Shown here piece after piece: positions 26,252 through 32,000 of a stretch of DNA of 32,000 nucleotides. Origin of the DNA: Thermococcus kodakarensis KOD1 (lineage in GTDB: Archaea > Methanobacteriota_B > Thermococci > Thermococcales > Thermococcaceae); the NCBI RefSeq assembly GCF_000009965.1, contig NC_006624.1, forward strand, positions 480,001 through 512,000. Reading direction: 5' to 3'. The notes under the pieces are model-generated. The model was not told the DNA's origin. It did not search any database and saw only the letters and a program-made list of their open reading frames with translations. The position numbers were made by a program, and so were the translations under genes. Position 1 is the first letter of the stretch. Every line of letters starts with the position of its first letter.

Positions 26252-26671
26252 ATCATTATTGTAAATGCGCTCAAGTATCTTGCGCTCCTGCTGTTCGTCA
26301 ATGGCTTCAAATTGACTTTTTGGGGATAGGGTTGGCCCCATCTTGTTCGTTATGAGCGACTTGACATGGATGTAATCCACAAGCAGAATCTCTACAAAAT
26401 CGCCGACTTTAAGACCGAACCTGTCCCTGACGGGTTTGGGAATTGTGAAAACTCCACGATCATACAGCTTTGCTACCGCAAAAACGCGACCGATTATTTT
26501 GCGATTTTGATCTGGAATCCTTATTATTACTATAACAAAGTCTCCATCCTGCAAACCAAAGTATTCTCTGATATAAATAGGAACCATAACCCTACCCTGA
26601 GGTCTTACTCTGCTCTGAAACTTGGCTAGTGGCTCGACTACCTTTGCCTCTTGGTGATCCTGCTCGGTCAT
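26249..26671 (-). CDS. Tandem AbrB/SpoVT (swapped-hairpin) domain DNA-binding protein (140 aa)
   Basis: It has two SpoVT-AbrB-like units: RVRPQGRVMVPIYIREYFGLQDGDFVIVII and KLYDRGVFTIPKPVRDRFGLKVGDFVEILLV. Its first 19 codons form leader copy 1, which is repeated at 28749-28817 and 31411-31478. Confidence 0.75.
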   Translation of the reverse strand: MTEQDHQEAKVVEPLAKFQSRVRPQGRVMVPIYIREYFGLQDGDFVIVIIRIPDQNRKIIGRVFAVAKLYDRGVFTIPKPVRDRFGLKVGDFVEILLVDYIHVKSLITNKMGPTLSPKSQFEAIDEQQERKILERIYNND

Positions 26672-26684
26672 TGGTCTCAGCTCC
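26617..26684 (-). repeat. Leader repeat copy 1 (RBS, ATG and first 18-19 codons of the AbrB-like gene)
   Basis: GAAACTTGGCTAGTGGCTCGA (26617-26637) is identical to 28749-28769 and differs at 2 of 21 positions from 31411-31431. The invariant 13-mer GCTAGTGGCTCGA is at 26625-26637. It encodes M-T-E-Q-D-H-Q-E-A-K-V-V-E-P-L-A-K-F-Q. Confidence 0.8.
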
Positions 26685-26821
26685 GTTGGTTGTTTATCCC
26701 GTATCTATTCCGTATTTGTTATGGTTCTAATAAACTCTATGGTAGAAAAGGTTTGCGAAATTTTCTCCGCTATGGGAAGTTCCCCAAGGAGTGTTGAGAG
26801 AAAAGATAAAGAATTGGGTCT

Positions 26822-27340
26822 TTACTTGGGGAGGCCAAGGTTTCTTTTGAGTTGGGTGTCAATTTCCTCGAGGCATGCGTCACATATCCTGTCCTGTTGT
26901 TCTTGTGGGAAGTCTTTTAGGGCCTTGGCCATGGCTTTGTTGTACATATCCTCTAGTTTCCTAATCAAGGCGAAGATTTGTAGCAGGTGTTTGTAGTCTT
27001 GGGGTTCTATGTACAGCGAATAAATGATGGAACACTCTTTTTTCTGGTTTTCACAGTAGTATTTAGTAGCCTTTAGGATAAAGTAGAGGCTGTTGCCGAG
27101 GCATTGGAGTTCCATTAGGTAAAAGATGTATTTTCCTCCAGAGGTGCCGTCAGGATTGCGCTCAGTCCCTTTGAGTTCTATCTTTGCTATTTGGGTGGGG
27201 AGGAGGGTTATGTAGTCTTCGTAGGGTTCGTCGAATTCCCATTCTATGAGTTGTTTTAGGTGTTGGACTGTCTCAATAGTGTATGTTGTGGAGGTTGCAA
27301 GCTGGCTCCATACTTCGAATATTTTCCTCACTGTGCTCAC
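26822..27340 (-). CDS. Hypothetical protein (172 aa)
   Basis: GTG start one nt after the stop of the 76-aa gene. It is AT-rich, with several Cys residues (CLGN, CENQKKEC, CDAC). No family recognised. Confidence 0.5.
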   Translation of the reverse strand: MSTVRKIFEVWSQLATSTTYTIETVQHLKQLIEWEFDEPYEDYITLLPTQIAKIELKGTERNPDGTSGGKYIFYLMELQCLGNSLYFILKATKYYCENQKKECSIIYSLYIEPQDYKHLLQIFALIRKLEDMYNKAMAKALKDFPQEQQDRICDACLEEIDTQLKRNLGLPK

Positions 27341-27341
27341 C

Positions 27342-27572
27342 TCAGTCTCCTGGTTTCTTGAATCTGATTGCGAGGGTATCGCTGATTCGGTGATAATATA
27401 TTCTGTCGAGGACCAGTCCGCCTTTCCAGGCCGCGTTTTCTATTTCCCTAAATTCTTGGCCAGAAATGCCTCCATGGATGTGAATCTCTATACCTCCATC
27501 CGTGATTCCTACATGCCCCTTGGTGGACACTATACGAGATACAATGTCTTGGAGTTCTTTTATAGAATACAT
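27342..27572 (-). CDS. Small element protein (76 aa), paralog of 23239-23484
   Basis: See the hand alignment for 23239-23484. The shared C-terminal signature is LDRIYYHRISDTLAIRF versus LERIYFHRNRDALVFRF. Confidence 0.65.
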   Translation of the reverse strand: MYSIKELQDIVSRIVSTKGHVGITDGGIEIHIHGGISGQEFREIENAAWKGGLVLDRIYYHRISDTLAIRFKKPGD

Positions 27573-27695
27573 GGGATCACCTCAATTCTAGAACAATGAG
27601 TGGTAGCTAATAAGACTTTTGGGTTTCATTATATCTCGTATCAGATCAAAACAGTATTAAGGAGTAAATATCATTAAGAGTTTTGGTGAAGTTGT

Positions 27696-28703
27696 ATGGT
27701 GCGTGCTGTATATGAAATTGAAATTGGGGGGAAGATCTATACAATACCTTTCATAAACGGTGGTTCTGCAGGATATATTGTTGAAGAAGCCGAAGAGAAA
27801 AACGAACCGGCCGCATACATAGTCCCATTATCTTCTGGTCTTTTGGAAGTTATGATTGATTTAACAACGACTGAATTTGCACTGACTAAGGAGACTCAGG
27901 AGGTACTTAGGAAGCTGGTGCGAGAACTTCATAAAAAAGCTCTCTCAAATGATAATGAGCATGTGCCTAGAAATGAGTTGTGGTTTGAGGTCAACAGTGA
28001 TTGGGTGTCCTTTTCTATACCTAACAGCCTTGTTGATGAAGCGGTTGCCAATGTTGCAAAAATAGCACTTAATCCTGAGAATTGGAGAAAGATAACTGTT
28101 CTGAGGTGCCCTGTGTGTGGCCGTAGAGTTAGGGAAACTGAAACAGATTTAATCGGTATCTTCCCTGATGATGAGAATATTCAGATTTTATTCTGTCCTG
28201 AATTTGATCAGCGGTTTAGGGGTCAACATGTTGTGGCGTTCAAGTGGGATGGAGAGTGGAAGCAACCAAGTTATTTTTACCATAATCCCGAGCGGGACGG
28301 TTTGATTGAAGTCAAGAAAGGTAGTTATGACAATGTGACTCTTTACCTCTTGTACTTGGAGGCAATTTCAGGAGACAATGTTAATTTCAAACGTCCTAAC
28401 CTTGAGTGGATGAGGGCAAAGATCCTCTGGAAAAATGGGGAACCTGTTGGGTACTATGCATACTCGGTGGATGCCCATAAGTATCCGACACTTCATCAAA
28501 TATTCGTGAGGAAGAAGTTTAGAAGACAGGGGCATGCTACAATGATGCTCAATGATTTTCTTAACTCGTTTCCGGGAACTGTGCTGATAGAAGATCCTAA
28601 TGAAGCCACTCAAAATCTTCTTGTAAAGCTTAGCCTTGCAAGGCGCGTGGATAGAGGAATTGAATCAACCGGACGCATTATGTTTCTCCCTGGTGGAATA
28701 TAG
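27696..28703 (+). CDS. Fusion protein: unknown N-terminal domain with a Cys pair/zinc-ribbon-like segment plus a C-terminal GNAT acetyltransferase-like domain (335 aa)
   Basis: GGTGA RBS. The C-terminus LHQIFVRKKFRRQGHATMMLNDFL fits GNAT motif A (R/Q-x-x-G-x-G/A). The middle segment has CPVCGRRV ... FCPEF. It is the only plus-strand gene in this part of the element. Confidence 0.6.
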   Translation: MVRAVYEIEIGGKIYTIPFINGGSAGYIVEEAEEKNEPAAYIVPLSSGLLEVMIDLTTTEFALTKETQEVLRKLVRELHKKALSNDNEHVPRNELWFEVNSDWVSFSIPNSLVDEAVANVAKIALNPENWRKITVLRCPVCGRRVRETETDLIGIFPDDENIQILFCPEFDQRFRGQHVVAFKWDGEWKQPSYFYHNPERDGLIEVKKGSYDNVTLYLLYLEAISGDNVNFKRPNLEWMRAKILWKNGEPVGYYAYSVDAHKYPTLHQIFVRKKFRRQGHATMMLNDFLNSFPGTVLIEDPNEATQNLLVKLSLARRVDRGIESTGRIMFLPGGI

Positions 28704-28713
28704 AGTATATTTC

Positions 28714-28803
28714 CTATCTTTTCCTCTCACCGTGGTCTAACCTGGCATGAAACTTGGCTAGTGGCTCGATCACTCGCGTTCCCTGCTCGTCTTGGCCGGT
28801 CAT
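28714..28803 (-). pseudogene. Leader repeat copy 2: truncated AbrB-like 5' fragment (29 codons)
   Basis: MTGQDEQGTRVIEPLAKFHARLDHGERKR*. The ATG lies 7 nt after the stop of the 459-aa nuclease gene and shares the GGAGCTGA RBS-like block with copy 1. The nucleotide repeat spans 28749-28817, with the invariant 13-mer at 28757-28769. No AbrB domain body follows. Confidence 0.45.
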
Positions 28804-28809
28804 TACTCT

Positions 28810-30189
28810 TCAGCTCCTTTTGTCTTTTGGTGTGGTTTTGGGTGTGAGGAAGATTTTTATGTATTCGTCAATGTATTTTGTTTTGAATTTGCTTTCTAAT
28901 TCGCGTACGGCTTTTCCACAGGTCTCTCTAAACATGGGTATCTGTTTTTTGTCTATGATTTTTATCCTCCAGGCGTGTTTGTGTCTGTGATTTCTTTTGA
29001 GGTACCCTTTTAGGGGCCCTGTTGAGAGTCTTTTCAGTGAATCATTAACTCTTTTCTTGATTAGATCTCTGTATTCTCCGTGTAGGAACTGGTAGATTGA
29101 GTAGGCGCTTGAGGTGTATAACTCGTGTGCAAGCTCTCCTGTAGTAAATTCGCGTTCGGTTAGGGTGTTCATATCAACTTCAAGATCGATTAGCATAATT
29201 AACTCGGCTCTCATTTCGTCTAGGGCTTTGCCAGCTTTCAGGAGTAGGATGTCTTCTGAGATTCTAATTTCGTCTTCCTCTACTTCGTATTTTCCTGGAG
29301 CTATCTTTTCGAGGGTGTTTAATAGTTGTTCCCATTTTTGGTCTTGCTCGTTGGGATCATCGATGGGCAATTCGCTCTTTTTGATTATTTTTCCTTTTGG
29401 GATGATGATATCATCTTTAAAGACCATCCCTTTTGTTGGCAGTTCTTGTCCTAATGTTGCAAATTCTATTAGTTTGTTTATGATGTGGATTTGAAAGATC
29501 TCAGCGTCGTCATTTGGATCAAAGGGGAAGAGTACATAAGAAGGTTTGTCTTTTAGTCTCCATTTTATTGGGAATACTTGGTTTAATTCGGGGTTTTTGT
29601 ATTCTCCTTTTACTAACTCTATTTCTTTTACAACGGGATTGGTGGGGTCTTCGGATTTATCTGGTGGATTTATCTCGATGATTCTAATGATTTGGATCCG
29701 GGTCTCGTTGGAAAGCGTTTCGTTGTTATCTATGTCTTTATAAGAAAAGTATGAGACGTCCGCTTTGAGTTGAGTGGGACGTTTTTTGAAGGGTATTCTT
29801 GCTTGGTCAATTATTATTTCTGGATGCTCTATCAAGTAGAGATATTTTTGTAACTGTTCATGATTTGCTTGAAAGCTTTTACATTCAAAGACTACAATGT
29901 GTTCTTTCTCATAATTCGGAAGGATTATGTCGGGAGTTACCCCTTTCCCATTCAGGTCTTCTTTCTCTACATTCCTAAAATGGATGTGTGCTTCTATGCT
30001 GTTTTGTACTATTCTATAACCTTTTTTATAGAGATCGTTGGGGAATTTGGGTGTTGGGGTAGCAAGGTTTAGGATGATATTCATCAACTTAGTATGTGCT
30101 TTCTGGAATTTTGATAACTCTTCAAGAGTACGGATTGGGGTACCTTCATATTTAGATAGTTTAAGATATTTATCTAATCCTGATGCCAT
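28810..30189 (-). CDS. RecB/Cas4-like PD-(D/E)xK nuclease-domain protein with a long unknown C-terminal region (459 aa)
   Basis: I place the start at ATG 30189 (GAGGTG RBS 7 nt upstream); the track ORF extends to 30243. Nuclease motifs occur in order: IEAHIHF (E), GVTPDIIL (hhhD), VVFECKS (E-x-K) and QLQKY (QxxxY). The basic C-terminus has an HTH-like segment (FTTGELAHELY...RVNDSLKRL). The gene overlaps the upstream gene by 20 nt. Confidence 0.65.
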   Translation of the reverse strand: MASGLDKYLKLSKYEGTPIRTLEELSKFQKAHTKLMNIILNLATPTPKFPNDLYKKGYRIVQNSIEAHIHFRNVEKEDLNGKGVTPDIILPNYEKEHIVVFECKSFQANHEQLQKYLYLIEHPEIIIDQARIPFKKRPTQLKADVSYFSYKDIDNNETLSNETRIQIIRIIEINPPDKSEDPTNPVVKEIELVKGEYKNPELNQVFPIKWRLKDKPSYVLFPFDPNDDAEIFQIHIINKLIEFATLGQELPTKGMVFKDDIIIPKGKIIKKSELPIDDPNEQDQKWEQLLNTLEKIAPGKYEVEEDEIRISEDILLLKAGKALDEMRAELIMLIDLEVDMNTLTEREFTTGELAHELYTSSAYSIYQFLHGEYRDLIKKRVNDSLKRLSTGPLKGYLKRNHRHKHAWRIKIIDKKQIPMFRETCGKAVRELESKFKTKYIDEYIKIFLTPKTTPKDKRS

Positions 30190-31333
30190 ATTGGGGCACC
30201 TCGAGATAAGCTTTGGCATCATAAGTCTGTTGGATGTTTGCAAGGAGCCTTAGTGCAGTGTTCCCGCAGGAGCCCTTTGGGAGATATAATCTAGCCCACC
30301 AGGGAGTAACTTCTAACGAGAAATTATCTCCATTGTGAAGGTCAGTTCCGACTATAATATACATGTCTTTTTCTACTTGTTTTGCAAAGCCCCAAATCCT
30401 GAATGGCTCTTTGGGTGTTGTAATTGCTTTTGCAAAGAGATCTAAATCAGAGATTTCTTTTTTGAACTCATATACGAGTGGGATTTTCTTTTCCCAATCC
30501 CATGAGGAGTAATCAATAAGAGAGTCCTCTATGTATTTCAAGTTGTTTCTATATGTGTGTACAACACTATCGATAAATTCCAAATGTTCATCGAAGGATG
30601 TTCCTTTTGCTGTGAATTTACCCCAATAATACAGATCTTCTAAGACGAATTTGTCGGGGTACTCTTTCTCAACGAGTTTAATCCCAATTTTTGTTAGTCT
30701 GGTCATGTATCGGAACTTCTCATGCTCTTCAACGATCTCAAGGAGATCTTTAACCAATTCACCTGAGCCATCAATTCTTAGTTTGCTAACTTTGTTCTCC
30801 TTTTTTTCTTCCTCGGTGCTAAAAGCAGTCTCGTCATGTTTAATGGAGATGCTTCTAAGATAAACATCTTTAAAGGATATATGCATGAATTTCTTTAGAA
30901 GCTTGTTTGATAACCATAGTTTATCTAATCTCGATTTTATTTGGCTAACAAATTTGTTATAAGCACTATCAACGTCTTGGGCCTTGTCGAGAGTGAATAC
31001 TCTCCAGAATCTCGAATCTTTGGCATCTAAGAAGAAGTGAACTTGAAGTTTTTTATCCTTATCCGTGATATCTATTCTGTATAGTAGGTAATCTTCAAGA
31101 GGTTCTACTTTAATTGAATCAAACAAGCCTCTCAGGACGTATTTGAGGAATTTTGGTGAGATATTCGACTCAATGACATACGTTTTAACAAGATTTTGGT
31201 CTGGTTCCAATTTTTGTTCTTCCAGTATCTCAGCATAACTGCGAGCCATGTTTACCTCTAACCATTCGTAGAGATCTCCACGAGTCTTAATGTCTTGCAC
31301 ATGTGTTTGCTGTCCTAATGTTTGAGGACTCAT
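30170..31333 (-). CDS. Hypothetical protein (387 aa), partner of the nuclease gene
   Basis: A long clean ORF in very AT-rich DNA, which makes a chance ORF unlikely. I saw no P-loop or other recognisable catalytic motif. It is translationally coupled to the nuclease gene. Confidence 0.62.
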   Translation of the reverse strand: MSPQTLGQQTHVQDIKTRGDLYEWLEVNMARSYAEILEEQKLEPDQNLVKTYVIESNISPKFLKYVLRGLFDSIKVEPLEDYLLYRIDITDKDKKLQVHFFLDAKDSRFWRVFTLDKAQDVDSAYNKFVSQIKSRLDKLWLSNKLLKKFMHISFKDVYLRSISIKHDETAFSTEEEKKENKVSKLRIDGSGELVKDLLEIVEEHEKFRYMTRLTKIGIKLVEKEYPDKFVLEDLYYWGKFTAKGTSFDEHLEFIDSVVHTYRNNLKYIEDSLIDYSSWDWEKKIPLVYEFKKEISDLDLFAKAITTPKEPFRIWGFAKQVEKDMYIIVGTDLHNGDNFSLEVTPWWARLYLPKGSCGNTALRLLANIQQTYDAKAYLEVPQYGIRIR

Positions 31334-31360
31334 ACTTCATCACTCTAAATCTTTGATGAT

Positions 31361-31465
31361 TCAAATCTTAATTTTTTTGGTTAATGTTAATATGTCCTTG
31401 ACTCCATTCTGCAACTTCGCTAGTGGCTCGACGACTCTGGCTTCGCTGGTGTCCTGGTCGGGCAT
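31361..31465 (-). pseudogene. Leader repeat copy 3: truncated AbrB-like 5' fragment (34 codons)
   Basis: MPDQDTSEARVVEPLAKLQNGVKDILTLTKKIKI*. The nucleotide repeat spans 31411-31478, with the invariant 13-mer at 31419-31431. It sits 27 nt upstream of the 387-aa gene and downstream of a promoter-like AT-rich region. Confidence 0.45.
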
Positions 31466-31523
31466 TGGCTCACCCCTCTATGTTCTATCAAAATCAGAAT
31501 ATAATGTCTCCAAACATATTAAA

Positions 31524-31550
31524 ACGTTTTCCAGCGTTTGGCAACGTTTA
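31524..31550. promoter_or_regulatory. Three 10-nt-phased (A/G)CGTTT repeats in a divergent intergenic region (candidate operator)
   Basis: The units are ACGTTTTCCA, GCGTTTGGCA and ACGTTTAAAA. CGTTT occurs at 31525, 31535 and 31545, exactly 10 nt apart, and the first unit lies inside the palindrome AAAACGTTTT (31521-31530). The site lies between leader copy 3 (minus) and the 118-aa gene (plus). Confidence 0.4.
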
Positions 31551-31602
31551 AAAATTAAATCGCACAATAAAAGAGGGGAGTAACTAGAGAGGGGGTTAGT
31601 GC

Positions 31603-31959
31603 ATGCTCTCGGATGATAATAATTGGGTTAGTGGTTTTAATCCTTTCGATGAGGGTAGCAAGGAGGTCCAGCGCGAGATAGAATATAGCTTCTTCAAAAA
31701 GGCCGTTGTTGAGTTGCTACTGATCCCTCTGCTCGTGTGGTCTATAATGGTGCTCACTATAACTCCTTTCGGAGCCGATCCCAATTTTGAGTTGTCCTTT
31801 AGAAGTTTCCACGTTAAGGGATCTATGTTTGTGGTAGGGCCGTTTATAGTTATGCTGTTGTTCCTCTGTAGATTCCCAAGTGTATGGTATCAGATGTATC
31901 AGTTTAAACTCAAGTATATGGAAACGATATTAGAATCTCTTAAGCGTTCTCAAGAGTAG
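31603..31959 (+). CDS. Small membrane protein (118 aa, two predicted TM helices)
   Basis: GAGGGGG RBS and hydrophobic stretches VVELLLIPLLVWSIMVLTI and MFVVGPFIVMLLFLC. No family recognised. Confidence 0.5.
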   Translation: MLSDDNNWVSGFNPFDEGSKEVQREIEYSFFKKAVVELLLIPLLVWSIMVLTITPFGADPNFELSFRSFHVKGSMFVVGPFIVMLLFLCRFPSVWYQMYQFKLKYMETILESLKRSQE

Positions 31960-32000
31960 CGCAAAGCTGAGTATTCCCACAGGTACTGTCTTATAAATAT

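Larger units (their letters stand above)
19339..32000. mobile_element. Integrated virus/plasmid-like element at the tRNA-Arg 3' end (left junction only; right end outside window)
   Basis: It starts directly 3' of the tRNA, and an element ORF reads into the tRNA 3' half (signature of a split SSV-type integrase). It carries a long one-strand chain of small overlapping genes, its own Rep/SF3 helicase, an extra PCNA and RHH/wHTH/AbrB regulators. It also has an iteron field and a low-GC accessory island. No second copy of the tRNA 3' segment is visible in the window. Confidence 0.8.

Noticed and set aside
26077-26355. ORFs 26077-26310 (-), 26141-26329 (+) and 26164-26355 (+) in the iteron region.
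   Set aside because: They are built from the TGTGAC/GTCACA repeats and AT-rich spacer, overlap each other in different frames, lack RBSs and give low-complexity translations. The DNA repeat architecture explains them better.
19339-32000. I searched by eye for a second copy of the tRNA-Arg 3' segment (GGGTTCGAATCCCGCCGGGCCC) that would define the right att site.
   Set aside because: I did not find one in the window, so the right boundary is not called and the element is reported as truncated by the window edge.

Overview
The window reads as a Thermococcus-type (Thermococcales) archaeal chromosome. GGTGA-type RBSs, protein families and gene order match my memory of the Alba/purB/Eta/TyrRS neighbourhood of T. 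kodakarensis, which I could not verify here. Positions 1-19.2 kb are mostly conserved core genes: CBS protein, ArsR-like regulator, Alba, adenylosuccinate lyase, DUF134, QueD/PTPS, PPC-domain protein, an Eta/ASH-Ski2-type helicase, Lrp/AsnC and TyrRS. A four-gene ABC importer cluster follows, flanked by two secreted CGP-CTERM proteins. The core is interrupted at 2751-4459 by an AT-rich, ORF-poor 1.7-kb segment bounded by 30-bp imperfect terminal inverted repeats. A tRNA-Arg(TCT) at 19262-19338 marks the left junction of an integrated virus/plasmid-like element that runs to the window end; no right att site is visible. Its GC-rich core (19.3-25.8 kb) is one leftward chain of translationally coupled genes. 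These are an RHH-like protein, a 695-aa SF3-type helicase/Rep, small ORFs, an element-borne PCNA, wHTH proteins, a PD-(D/E)xK-like protein and a probable split integrase N-fragment reading into the tRNA. At 25861-26251 lies a 391-bp dyad-symmetric field of 12 TGTGAC/GTCACA repeats around an AT-rich core, probably the element origin or control region. From about 26.25 kb the sequence becomes visibly AT-rich. This island is partitioned by three diverged copies of the 5' leader of an AbrB/SpoVT gene (invariant core GCTAGTGGCTCGA). One resulting cassette holds an overlapping pair, a 387-aa unknown protein plus a 459-aa RecB-like PD-(D/E)xK nuclease, which is my best candidate for an undescribed defence or exclusion system. 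The other holds a GNAT-fusion protein and a paralog of a core-module gene. All homology calls rest on motif recognition by eye. No searches, GC calculations or folding were run.
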